A DNA stretch of 64,000 bases, taken from positions 61,793 through 125,792 of the forward strand of contig WWDU01000026.1 of assembly GCA_035175045.1 (NCBI GenBank). The letters are read 5' to 3'. The notes beneath the pieces were generated by a model, which worked only from the letters and a program-made list of their open reading frames with translations, did no database searches and was not told the DNA's origin. A program made the translations under genes and the position numbers. This stretch comes from Candidatus Calypsonella navitae. GTDB lineage: Archaea; Thermoproteota; Thermoprotei_A; Sulfolobales; Acidilobaceae. Every line of letters starts with the position of its first letter. The first letter of the stretch is position 1. This document shows, in pieces, positions 25,520 to 38,273 of this stretch.

Positions 25520-26050
25520 CTACCTCGAGCTGAGGGCTATCCTCTCTATCTCCTCCTTCTGCCTTATAGCGTAGCTCTGGGGGTCCCCGCGGGCGGCCCA
25601 TATTATCTCGTCTGCTAGGCACTCCTCTATTGGCTTGGGGTTGTTGAAGGCGCAGAGCCTCGCGCCCTCTGTTATGAATTTCAGCGCGAGGTCGACCCTC
25701 CTCTGGGGCGCTACGTCCACAGAGACCCTGTATGTTATGCCTCCATACATTATTCTAGTAGTCTCCTCCCTAGGCGCGGCGTTCTCTATAGCCCTCACGA
25801 GGACCTGTATGGGGTTCTCACCCGTCCTATAGAATATGAGGTCGAAGGCTGTCTTCACGATGTTGTATGCTAGGTGCTTCTTACCACCGTTGCGGCCGGG
25901 CCTCATGAGCTTGTTCATGAGCCTCTCGACTATAGGGACTTGGCTCTTACCGAACCTCCTGTGCTCGTGCCTGCCGCCCGTGTGGGGCAGCCAGACCGGT
26001 GTGAGGCATATGTACCTCTTCAAACTGGGATCCCTGACCTCAACGCCCAC
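25520..26050 (-). CDS. rps7: 30S ribosomal protein S7 (uS7); true start probably upstream of the annotated GTG
   Basis: [12 protein letters not shown]...[13 protein letters not shown]...IERIALSSR is archaeal uS7. The in-frame upstream sequence encodes the conserved LFGKWS motif, but there is no ATG/GTG/TTG between 26051 and the stop at ~26160. Confidence 0.9.
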   Translation of the reverse strand: MGVEVRDPSLKRYICLTPVWLPHTGGRHEHRRFGKSQVPIVERLMNKLMRPGRNGGKKHLAYNIVKTAFDLIFYRTGENPIQVLVRAIENAAPREETTRIMYGGITYRVSVDVAPQRRVDLALKFITEGARLCAFNNPKPIEECLADEIIWAARGDPQSYAIRQKEEIERIALSSR

Positions 26051-26198
26051 CCAGCTCCACTTGCCGAAGAGCCTTATTGCATCGGCCTTTACCTCGACTA
26101 GCTCCGGGACTTCTAGGGCCTCAGCATCGCTACCCTTACCAGCCAGAGCCCGCCACCCTGACTAGCGGCTGTCGGCTCCAGGGCTTTAATAGCATAGT

Positions 26199-26738
26199 GT
26201 GGAGGAGGGCTCCACGCATAAGGGCTCCCGACTCCCGGTAGAGGGGCGGCGTGGTGCGGTGGGTTTGGAGGGCCTACGGAGAGCCAAGGACGTCACCGTG
26301 TTCCTGGGGATAGCGGGCGAGGGCTCCTCGCGCTACGTCGTAGTCGGCATGCAGCTGCTACTGGATGATGGGAGGACGTTCACCATGGTCAACATACCAG
26401 TGGAGGTTGCCCTAGCTGTTAGGGCCCTCAGGGGGGAGGGGGAGTACCCGGAGAGGAAGAGCCTCTTCGACCTATTGGCGAACTACGAGTCGTTCAAGGA
26501 GGAGATAGCGCGCACCCTAAGGAAGGTCGTCATAGACGAGCTGGATCCCCAGACCGGCCTCTACACTGCGACGGCCGAGTTCGAGGACGAGGGAATGGTG
26601 TCGAGGGTCAAGATGATTCCAAGCCACGCCGTGTTCCTAGCCATGCTCGTTGGGGCCCCCATCTACGTGAGGGAGGATTTCGTGGATGAGTTCGACATAC
26701 TAGAGTTCGAGGGCGGAGAGGGAGGAGAGGAGGACTAG
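26199..26738 (+). CDS. Bifunctional nuclease (BFN/DUF151) domain protein with acidic C-terminal tail
   Basis: The pattern TFTMVNIPVEVALAVRALRGE...SLFDLLAN...VVIDELD...YTATAEFE...MIPSHAVFLAMLVGAPIYV follows the BFN domain layout. The start may be an internal GTG/TTG (26259/26265). Confidence 0.55.
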   Translation: MEEGSTHKGSRLPVEGRRGAVGLEGLRRAKDVTVFLGIAGEGSSRYVVVGMQLLLDDGRTFTMVNIPVEVALAVRALRGEGEYPERKSLFDLLANYESFKEEIARTLRKVVIDELDPQTGLYTATAEFEDEGMVSRVKMIPSHAVFLAMLVGAPIYVREDFVDEFDILEFEGGEGGEED

Positions 26739-26771
26739 CCCTGCCCCGGAGGGCTCCGGTACCTCCTAGGG

Positions 26772-27215
26772 TTACCTGCGTGGCTTCTGCCTCTTGCCGA
26801 GCCAGAGTGCCTTTAATGACACCCCGTTTACCATGACTACCCTGTAGCGGACTCCCGGTATGTCGCCCATGGAGCGGCCCCTGGGGCCTCCTATACCCTC
26901 TATAATGACCTCGTCGTGCTCGTCTATGAGTAGTATACCTCCATCCCTCGGGACGAAGGCTGTGACAACCTTCTTGTTCTTGACTAGCTGGACCCTCACG
27001 CACTTCCTGAGCGCGCTGTTCGGCTGCCTGGCCTCTACCCCAACCTTCTCCAAGACTATACCCCTAGCCATGGGTGCACCCTCTAGGGGGTCGTACTTGC
27101 GCTTGAGGCCGAGCATCCTTACCTTGAACTCCCTCTGGCTCCAGCGGAACTTGAGCCTCTTCCTCCTAAGCTTCCTAGCCGCGAATAGGCCGCTCGGAGC
27201 CTTCTTGCCCGTCAA
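26772..27215 (-). CDS. rps12: 30S ribosomal protein S12 (uS12)
   Basis: [13 protein letters not shown]...FVPRDGG...[12 protein letters not shown], 147 aa. CCCTATAAG box at 27254-27262 upstream. Confidence 0.95.
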   Translation of the reverse strand: MTGKKAPSGLFAARKLRRKRLKFRWSQREFKVRMLGLKRKYDPLEGAPMARGIVLEKVGVEARQPNSALRKCVRVQLVKNKKVVTAFVPRDGGILLIDEHDEVIIEGIGGPRGRSMGDIPGVRYRVVMVNGVSLKALWLGKRQKPRR

Positions 27216-27268
27216 CTCCCCTCTGGCACCCCCGCATCACAGCCGGGGTGGGGCTTATAGGGATAGCG

Positions 27269-27721
27269 CTAGCGTACCTGTAGGCTGACCACGTTGAAAA
27301 GCTCCCTTAAGACCAGCCGTGCGCGCTTGACGTTCCTGCCCTCCCTGCCTATCGCCCGGCCCTTGTCTTCCTCCGCGACCCTCACGGTGACATACTTACC
27401 GTTGCCTCTCTCCCTCACTGTTATGCCTAGTATGCGAGCGTTGGGGAATAGGCTCTTAATCATCTCCTCTAAATCCTCGTAGTACGGCACCACCTCTACG
27501 TCCTTGCGGAAAAGCTTCCTGAGTATGTCGAGGTTCCTGCCACGCCTCCCGACTACCCTGCCGATATCGGAGGGCTTCACGACGAAAATGAGCCTGTTAC
27601 CCTCCCTGTCTATGATGCACCTGTAGGCGGTTGCACCCGTTAGGTCGGTGAACATTGAAAGGTACCGCAGCTCCTCGAAGGTGATCCTGCCAGGCTCGCT
27701 CACCACCAGACCCCCTGCCAC
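27269..27721 (-). CDS. nusA: Archaeal NusA-like protein (two KH domains)
   Basis: Two KH GxxG motifs (VGRRGRN, IGREGRN). 150 aa. Conserved position between L30e and S12. Confidence 0.85.
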   Translation of the reverse strand: MAGGLVVSEPGRITFEELRYLSMFTDLTGATAYRCIIDREGNRLIFVVKPSDIGRVVGRRGRNLDILRKLFRKDVEVVPYYEDLEEMIKSLFPNARILGITVRERGNGKYVTVRVAEEDKGRAIGREGRNVKRARLVLRELFNVVSLQVR

Positions 27722-27728
27722 GTCAGCG

Positions 27729-31937
<4,209 letters not shown>

Positions 31938-31948
31938 CCCCCATGCCC

Positions 31949-34900
31949 CTAGCTGGACTTGGATTCACGCTCCCCGGGGGCCCCGCCGTCGTTCGAGCCG
32001 TTAGTGCCACCGCCATTTGCCGAGGCCCCCGCGGCGGCGAGCTTCCTCCTGAGCATAGCCGTGAATGGGGCTCCGACTATCTTATTTGCAATATTGATCT
32101 TATCTGCGACCTTTATCTCCGGCTTGACGGCCATACTCATTATCTCCTGGAGTAGTAGCTTGAACGCATATGGGACCACAACCGGCACCACGTCAGCGCC
32201 CGGCCCGTGTATGGGGCACTCATAGACGCCCTTGTTCCTGTTGTACCACGCTATGTGGCCGCACTCACGGCAAACGTACATCACGTAGGCATCGCTGTTA
32301 TCGAGCATCCTGTCGCGTATGAGCATCGCCGCTCCATGGCCTATAAGGGCGTCGCGCTCCATCTCGCCGAACCTCAGCCCGCCCCTGCGGGCCCTGCCCT
32401 CCGTGGGCTGTCTAGTGAGTAGCTGCACCTTGCCCGTGGCGCGTGCGTGTATCTTGTCGGCGACCATGTGGTACAGCCTCTGGTAGAAGACTATCCCTAT
32501 CGTTATCGGCTTCTCAATCATCTCGCCAGTCCTGCCGTCATACATTACCTCCCTAGCGTGTGGATGGTAGCCGTGCTTGAGTAGCCTAAGCTTTATGCCG
32601 TCAATCGACTCCTTGTAGAATGGCGTCCCGTCTATGAACCTCGCCTCGACCGCGCCTAGCTTGCCTGCTATCATCTCTATCAGCTGGCCTACCGTCATTC
32701 TAGACGGTATTGCGTGTGGGTTGAGGATTACGTCGGGGATTATCCCCTCCTCCGTGTATGGCAGGTCGTACCTCTGGAAGATCATCCCTATGACCCCCTT
32801 CTGCCCGTGGCGGCTGGCGAACTTGTCTCCTATCTCCGGTATGCGGAGGTCCCTCACCCTGACCTTCACGAGCTTGTGCTTCTCTATGGTCTGCGTGATT
32901 ATGACTGCATCCACGACACCATTCTCTCCGTGGCGGAGCTGGACGCTGGTGTCCCTCCTGCGAAGCAGTGCGCTCGTAATAACCCTCTCCTCGCTCATGA
33001 ACCTAGGTGGGCTCTGCCTACCTATTAGTACGTCACCGCTCTTGACCTCCACCTCGGGCTCGACTATACCGTCGGGTGCAAGTTTCTGGTAGTACTCGTC
33101 ACCCTTATGGTCCTCGAGCGAGGGGCTGGGCACGAGTATCTTATCTGTGAGCCCTCCGGGGTAGGCGTTCTCTTGGGCCGTGTAGACCCTGAAGAAGGTG
33201 GCCCTGCCCACGCCCATATCTATCGAGTACTTATTGAATATCAGTGCATCCTCTATGTTGTAGCCGCTGAAAGCCATCAAGGCGAGGACCAGGTTCTGGC
33301 CGGCGGGCCTAGCGTTGTAGCCCATTAGTTCGAGAGCGCGGGTCTGGACTATCGGCTTCTGCGGGTAGTGGAGTAGGTAGGAGTGGCTGTCCATGCGGTA
33401 GTGGAAGTTTAGCGCGTAGAGGCCCAGAGCCTGCTTTGCCATGGCGCTCTGGTAGGTGTTCCTGGGGCTCTGGTTGTGCTCGAGGTATGGTATAACGCTG
33501 GCTGCGACACCGAGTATAGCCGGGTTCCACAGCTCTAGGTGGGTATGCTCGGGCGTCACGTCCTCCGGGAACTCGGCTATGTACGCGTTCTCCTCCTCGT
33601 CGGGGTCGAGGAACTCTATTACGCCCTCCTTCACGAGGTCCCAGAACTCCATCTCGCCCCTCTTAATCTTCTCGACGTGCTCCCGCGTCAGCTTGGGGAC
33701 CCCGTTCTCCACGACTATAACCGGCCTCATCAGCCTGCCTCCATCTGTGTTAATATAGACCTCGTTGATGTACTCATCCATTATGTGAGCCACACTAACC
33801 TCGTGGTGTAGCCTACCGCTCCTACGCAGTTCTCGGAGCCTCCTTGCTAGCTCCTCGCCGTCGGGGTGGTAGCCTATGGGCCTCCCATTTAGGAACACCT
33901 TGGCGCCGCTGACCATTACCTCAGGTACCTCACCCTTCTCCACAGTCTCCCTTATCAGGTCCTCGAGCCTCTGGACGCCCAGCTCGTCGTAGAGGATCCG
34001 CTCCACCTCCTCCTCGGGCACGCCAACGCTTATGTAGGCGTATAGGGCGAGGTTCTTGACCAACCCACAATTCACGCCCTCAGGGGTCTCGAAGGGGCAG
34101 AGCCTGCCCCAGTGGGTCCCGTGGAGGTCCCTGGCCTCGAAGTGGGCCTGGCCCCTGCTGAGAGGCGATACTACCCTGCGGAGGTGGCTCAGTAGGCTTA
34201 TCCAGTTGGTCCTGTCTAGCTGCTGACTTATACCGGTCCTATCGCCTCCCCAGTTACCAGTCGCTATGGCACCGCGTAGCTTATCGGTGATTATGTTCTG
34301 CTTAACGAGGTACTTCAGGAACCTGATTGGCTGGTCCCTGACAATCATCTCCTCCAGCTTCTCCGATATAGCCGTTCTCAGGCTTATCGCGGCCTGCCTC
34401 ACTAGCTCGGCTATCAGGTCACCGGCGAGTCTGAGCCTCTTGTTGGATAGGTGGTCCTTGTCGTCCTCACCCCTCTTGCCGAGGTATAGCTGGAGGACCC
34501 TGTTAGCCATCTCGGCCAGGAAGTACGCCTTCTTCTTCCTGTCCTCGGGCCTCTTGCCGAGGTGGGGCAGGAAGTTATTATCTATGAATTCTAGCGCCCT
34601 CTCTATCCTTATCTCCCTCGGCTGTCCGGGGCTCGCTATCCTGTTACCCAGGTACTCCAGGGCGTCCTCGCGGGTGCGTATGACCGAGGCAACCTTCTCT
34701 ATAGACGGCATAAGCTCCCTCTGCACGTCGGGGTCTGTTGAGACGGCGTTAACGATCTCTATATCCTTCTCGAGGCCAAGCGCCATCATGAAAACATAGA
34801 ATGGAATCCTCGCGTTGAGCCTTGAGACGCTTACCTCGAGGCTCCCGTCGCTCATCCTGTCTACTATTACCTGCCTCCTCTCACCCATATAGGAGGACAC

Positions 34901-35590
34901 TATCTTCGCCGTATGCGTTATCTTCGCAGTGCCAGCCTTCGCCACAGTCGTTATTATCCTGTTAACGGCCAAGTCCTCCTGTGCCACTATAACCTTCTCG
35001 CTCCCGTTGATTATGAAGTAGCCTCCGGGGTCATAGGGGTCCTCCCCTATAGCCATCAGCTCCTCGGGGCTCATCTTGGAGAGGGGGTCTATATGGGACT
35101 TAACCATCACTGGTATATCGCCTAGCTTTACCCTCTCACGCCTCCGGAGGACACCGTTCTCGTAGAGCGCCATATCCGCCATGAGTGGGGCCATGTATGT
35201 TACATTCCTAATCCTGGCCTCCATGGGGGTTAGCTTCGTTATCTTGCCGTCGGCCTCTCTTACCTGAGGCTCACCTATCTCGATGTTCTCGATAACTACC
35301 TTAATGTCGGGTATACGGCCTAGGAGACCCTTCTCTATCTGCCTCCTCAGCTTCCTGCCCGCTGGCGTGATCTCCGATATCTCCTTGAATATCATTGGGA
35401 GCACGTTCTCCACGAAGTAGTTATATGAATCGAGGTGCTGCCTCGCCAGACCCTGACGCCTGATATAGTCGCTGAACACTACCCAGAGATCATCCGGTGT
35501 CAAGGTGTTCGGGCTGCGAGGAGTGCCTTCCTCCCTATTCGTCCTCGAGTTATCACTACTCTTACTCGACAAGCCTATCCAACCCCTCAC
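31949..35590 (-). CDS. rpoB: DNA-directed RNA polymerase subunit B (unsplit), with apparent N- and C-terminal extensions
   Basis: [24 protein letters not shown] and the C-terminal zinc site CRECG...CPIHG. The GTG start overlaps the rpoH stop (GTGA). An alternative TTG at 35503 would give a canonical N-terminus. Confidence 0.97.
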   Translation of the reverse strand: MRGWIGLSSKSSDNSRTNREEGTPRSPNTLTPDDLWVVFSDYIRRQGLARQHLDSYNYFVENVLPMIFKEISEITPAGRKLRRQIEKGLLGRIPDIKVVIENIEIGEPQVREADGKITKLTPMEARIRNVTYMAPLMADMALYENGVLRRRERVKLGDIPVMVKSHIDPLSKMSPEELMAIGEDPYDPGGYFIINGSEKVIVAQEDLAVNRIITTVAKAGTAKITHTAKIVSSYMGERRQVIVDRMSDGSLEVSVSRLNARIPFYVFMMALGLEKDIEIVNAVSTDPDVQRELMPSIEKVASVIRTREDALEYLGNRIASPGQPREIRIERALEFIDNNFLPHLGKRPEDRKKKAYFLAEMANRVLQLYLGKRGEDDKDHLSNKRLRLAGDLIAELVRQAAISLRTAISEKLEEMIVRDQPIRFLKYLVKQNIITDKLRGAIATGNWGGDRTGISQQLDRTNWISLLSHLRRVVSPLSRGQAHFEARDLHGTHWGRLCPFETPEGVNCGLVKNLALYAYISVGVPEEEVERILYDELGVQRLEDLIRETVEKGEVPEVMVSGAKVFLNGRPIGYHPDGEELARRLRELRRSGRLHHEVSVAHIMDEYINEVYINTDGGRLMRPVIVVENGVPKLTREHVEKIKRGEMEFWDLVKEGVIEFLDPDEEENAYIAEFPEDVTPEHTHLELWNPAILGVAASVIPYLEHNQSPRNTYQSAMAKQALGLYALNFHYRMDSHSYLLHYPQKPIVQTRALELMGYNARPAGQNLVLALMAFSGYNIEDALIFNKYSIDMGVGRATFFRVYTAQENAYPGGLTDKILVPSPSLEDHKGDEYYQKLAPDGIVEPEVEVKSGDVLIGRQSPPRFMSEERVITSALLRRRDTSVQLRHGENGVVDAVIITQTIEKHKLVKVRVRDLRIPEIGDKFASRHGQKGVIGMIFQRYDLPYTEEGIIPDVILNPHAIPSRMTVGQLIEMIAGKLGAVEARFIDGTPFYKESIDGIKLRLLKHGYHPHAREVMYDGRTGEMIEKPITIGIVFYQRLYHMVADKIHARATGKVQLLTRQPTEGRARRGGLRFGEMERDALIGHGAAMLIRDRMLDNSDAYVMYVCRECGHIAWYNRNKGVYECPIHGPGADVVPVVVPYAFKLLLQEIMSMAVKPEIKVADKINIANKIVGAPFTAMLRRKLAAAGASANGGGTNGSNDGGAPGERESKSS

Positions 35591-35844
35591 TGGGGCACAA
35601 CAATCCTATAGAATATAGCCTCCCCCGCCGTGGGGGAGCGACGCCTGATCTCGATTATATCGCCGGGCTTCGCCTTAAGCAGACGGGCAACTGGGTCATT
35701 AACGCTTATCTGGGGCAACTGCCAGGGCTTCACGCCCAGCCTCCGCAGGACCTCAGCGGCCTCCTCGAGGCTCAGCAGCCTATGCTCCGGGACCAGCTCG
35801 TGCTGCAGGATCTTCCTACTAACCTTACCAGGCCTCTTAGGCAA
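35587..35844 (-). CDS. rpoH: DNA-directed RNA polymerase subunit H (Rpo5)
   Basis: ILQHELVPEHRLLSLEEAAEVLRRLGVKPWQLPQISVNDPVA is the RpoH signature. Trimmed to the TTG at 35844 (85 aa) because the ORF-track extension runs antisense through tRNA-Lys. Confidence 0.85.
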   Translation of the reverse strand: MPKRPGKVSRKILQHELVPEHRLLSLEEAAEVLRRLGVKPWQLPQISVNDPVARLLKAKPGDIIEIRRRSPTAGEAIFYRIVVPQ

Positions 35845-35894
35845 ACCGACCCCCCGCCCCCAGGCTAGCAGTAGAGGAGCGGCCCCACCAGGGG

Positions 35895-35902
35895 TTATAT
35901 AG
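35895..35902 (-). promoter_or_regulatory. TATA-like box (CTATATAA on minus strand) upstream of the rpoH-led RNA polymerase operon
   Basis: Lies 51-58 nt upstream of the proposed rpoH TTG, in the divergent gap shared with tRNA-Lys. tRNA-Lys has its own GCTTATGAG box ~30 nt upstream. Confidence 0.4.
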
Positions 35903-35997
35903 CGATAGAGCAGTCCCACCCCCCAGCCCGAGGCGCCTCCAGCGGGCTCCACGGGGCTACGCTTATGAGCCCCACCGTGGATTCGGGAGGAGTGGCT

Positions 35998-36105
35998 GGG
36001 CCCGTAGCTCAGCTGGTAGAGCGGCGGGCTTTTAACCCGTAGGCCGAGTCGGCGGCCTGGCCGAGCGGGCGGAAGTCCCGGGTTCAAATCCCGGCGGGCC
36101 CGCCA
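35998..36105 (+). tRNA. tRNA-Lys (anticodon UUU) with ~32-nt insertion/intron 3' of the anticodon arm (about 36041-36072); CCA encoded
   Basis: GGGCCCG acceptor, GCTCAGCTGGTAGAGC D arm, GCGGG-CUUUUAA-CCCG(U) anticodon arm. Then 32 extra nt before AAGTC + T arm CCGGGTTCAAATCCCGG. Discriminator G. Confidence 0.8.
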
Positions 36106-36152
36106 CACAAGGCCCCCAGGGCTCCTATGCGGCTAGGCTAGGTGGAAGGGAG

Positions 36153-36920
36153 TTGGCTAATAGGAGGCTCGTGGATGTAGATGCTGATGTATCCATTGTA
36201 GATGGCTTACCCGTATTGGCTATCAATAGGCTCCAGGCCCTGATTATCGCCGATGTGCATCTCGGCTACGAGTCGGCGCTAGCGGCGACTGGAGTCTTCT
36301 TGCCGAGGATCCAGTTGCGCAGTGCCCTGCGCCACCTCTCTGAGGCCCTCGAGTCTGTGCCGTGGAGGGCCAGGCTCATCATAGACGGTGATCTTAAACA
36401 CACGTTTGAGAAGCTCACGAGGCAGGAGAGGGTTGAAATAGCGCGGCTTGGGAGGTGGCTCTCGACGGACAGTAGGGTAAAGGAGGTTATTGTAATCAGG
36501 GGCAATCACGACACCTTCGTGGCTCCCTTGCTGAGAGACCTGGGCGTGGAGCTTGTCGAGGGCTGCCTCGAGCTGGGTGGTGGGTTAGTTGCTGCCCACG
36601 GGCATCAGATTGTGGACTGTGACTTCGACACCCTAATCATAGGCCACGAGCATCCCTCCCTACAGGTTGACGTGGGCGGCGCGCGGGTGAAACTCCCCGT
36701 GCTCCTCGACGTACCAATACCCGGCTCTGAGGCGAGAGTGTTGGTCCTACCAGCCTTCGGCGCCTACCAGACGGGCCACGCCGTATCCCTCGACGGGGAG
36801 GCCTACCTGTCACCAATCATCCGGGAGCGAGGCAGCGTAGGCGATGCTGAGGTGTGGGTCGTCGACAGGGAGGCGGGCACTATGAGGTTGGGCCCCCTCA
36901 AGTACGTGTTACCAGTGTAG
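36153..36920 (+). CDS. Calcineurin-like metallophosphoesterase (ICC-like, COG1407-type)
   Basis: Motifs ADVHLGYE, DGDLKH, RGNHD and GHEHP in the canonical order. 255 aa, TTG start. Confidence 0.65.
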   Translation: MANRRLVDVDADVSIVDGLPVLAINRLQALIIADVHLGYESALAATGVFLPRIQLRSALRHLSEALESVPWRARLIIDGDLKHTFEKLTRQERVEIARLGRWLSTDSRVKEVIVIRGNHDTFVAPLLRDLGVELVEGCLELGGGLVAAHGHQIVDCDFDTLIIGHEHPSLQVDVGGARVKLPVLLDVPIPGSEARVLVLPAFGAYQTGHAVSLDGEAYLSPIIRERGSVGDAEVWVVDREAGTMRLGPLKYVLPV

Positions 36921-36954
36921 GCTCAGCGCTCAGCCTTGCTCCCCATCCCCGATG

Positions 36955-36996
36955 GAGAGGGGTCAGTATTCCCAGCCATGCATCATCGCCCCCTCA
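36955..36996 (-). other. Possible k-turn hairpin / mini C/D-like element immediately after the tbp stop codon
   Basis: Minus strand: GAGGGG-gcg-AUGAUGC-13 nt-CUGA-CCCCUC. C-like and D boxes are closed by a 6-bp G/C stem. No second guide or C'/D' pair found. Confidence 0.25.
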
Positions 36997-36999
36997 CGC

Positions 37000-37617
37000 C
37001 TAGTACTGGGGGCGCGTGCACCCGTTCTCCTTTAGGATCCTGTATATGCGCTCCACGGCCTCGTATACCTCGTTCTCCCTCTTAGCCCCAGTTATTACCA
37101 TCTTACCGCTGCTGAATATCAAGAGCACCACGCGGGGCTTATCCATCCTGTAGATGAGGCCTGGAAACTGATCAGGCTCATACATGCTTCCAGGCAGGAC
37201 GAACGCTGCCTTCTCGAGGTCTATGTTAACGTGTAGGTTAGCTGAGGCGACGATGTTCTGTATCTGTATCTTCGGCCTGCCCCTAATCTCTATCCCGTGC
37301 TCCTGGAGGCTCTTAAGTATCCTTTTGACAGCGTAGACTAACTCGTTAATGCTCTTAGTGCCTGTGACAACCATCTTACCTGACTTGAATATGAGAGCTG
37401 TAACACGGGGGTTCTTCATCCTGTATATGAGGCCTGGAAACTGGTCTGGGTTATACTCGACGTCTATCACCCTAGCCTCGATGAGGTTAAGGTCGAGTCC
37501 GTGGTCCAGTATCACCGTGGCAACTATGTTCTCAATGTTAGCCTCTGGCTTAGGCTCCCTGGCCCCCTCCTTCTCGGCGGAGGCTTCCGTTGTCTCCTGG
37601 CCGCTCATACGCTGCAC
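37000..37617 (-). CDS. tbp: TATA-box binding protein
   Basis: Two direct repeats: [15 protein letters not shown]...[28 protein letters not shown] and [15 protein letters not shown]...[28 protein letters not shown]. The start is the GTG at 37617 or the ATG at 37608. Confidence 0.95.
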   Translation of the reverse strand: MQRMSGQETTEASAEKEGAREPKPEANIENIVATVILDHGLDLNLIEARVIDVEYNPDQFPGLIYRMKNPRVTALIFKSGKMVVTGTKSINELVYAVKRILKSLQEHGIEIRGRPKIQIQNIVASANLHVNIDLEKAAFVLPGSMYEPDQFPGLIYRMDKPRVVLLIFSSGKMVITGAKRENEVYEAVERIYRILKENGCTRPQY

Positions 37618-37643
37618 CGATGCCTTAAAAGGGAGTGTCAGAC

Positions 37644-37653
37644 TATTTAAAGG
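37644..37653 (-). promoter_or_regulatory. TATA-like box (CCTTTAAATA on minus strand) upstream of tbp
   Basis: Centre is ~31 nt from the GTG at 37617. Two further A/T boxes (CCTTTTAAG at 37624-37632, TTTTTAGAG at ~37655-37664) flank it. Confidence 0.4.
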
Positions 37654-37742
37654 CTCTAAAAAGCCCCAGGCCCCCGGGGATGAAGAAGCGGGCAGCCTTG
37701 GAGGACCCCTTGTGACTGCCCTAGTCTCACGCGGACCCCGCG

Positions 37743-38273
37743 TTAAAGGCCCAGCTTCTCGCGAAGCTTAGCTAGGAGCAACAGGGTCTTGGCGTCGCGT
37801 ATCTCGCCTCTCTCAGCCATTGCAAGGGCCTCTCCCACATCGAGCTTCATTGCCTCTATGACCTCGCCCTCCTCGGGCGACGGCTCGCCCTCCAGGGGGT
37901 CCCAGACTATGTAGAAGTGCATGTACTCCGTCGAGTATCCCGGGGTTAGGTAGGCCTCGCCAACCTTCTCAAGGCGGCCGGGTCTCAGGCCCGTCTCCTC
38001 TCTTAGCTCGCGTATAGCCGCCTCCTCGGGTGTCTCCCCCTCCTCAAGGGTCCCGGCGGGGGCCTCGATTATCCACTGGCCTATAGCGGGCCTATACTGC
38101 CTGAGGAGCACTACCTGCGTCCCACCTAAGACTGGGAGCACGGCTACCGTGTTGGGTATGACGACCCTTAGTATAACCCTCGGCCTCCTCCCGGGTAGCT
38201 CGGCCTTCCCGACCTCTACCCTGAACCTCTTATATGAGAGTGATGCCTCGAGGCCCTCTAGCGGGTCAGTCAC
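37743..38273 (-). CDS. Nudix hydrolase (ADP-ribose pyrophosphatase/NudF-like)
   Basis: Nudix box [23 protein letters not shown], preceded by [21 protein letters not shown], which is typical of NudF-type enzymes. The GTG start overlaps the hmgA stop by 4 nt. Confidence 0.8.
   Translation of the reverse strand: MTDPLEGLEASLSYKRFRVEVGKAELPGRRPRVILRVVIPNTVAVLPVLGGTQVVLLRQYRPAIGQWIIEAPAGTLEEGETPEEAAIRELREETGLRPGRLEKVGEAYLTPGYSTEYMHFYIVWDPLEGEPSPEEGEVIEAMKLDVGEALAMAERGEIRDAKTLLLLAKLREKLGL

Noticed and set aside
27216-27268. GUGAUGC (C-box-like) in the S12 leader, minus strand
   Set aside because: No D or D' box follows. It lies between the S12 TATA box and the start codon, so it is most simply 5' UTR.
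35845-36108. N-terminal extension of the rpoH ORF (173-aa version)
   Set aside because: The extension is antisense to tRNA-Lys and to the rpoH TATA box. The conserved RpoH core begins right after the TTG at 35844.
37618-37742. C-box-like GGGGAUGAAGA upstream of tbp
   Set aside because: No CUGA D box or terminal stem occurs at a compatible distance, and the 12-nt spacing rules fail. It is probably just promoter or 5' region sequence.
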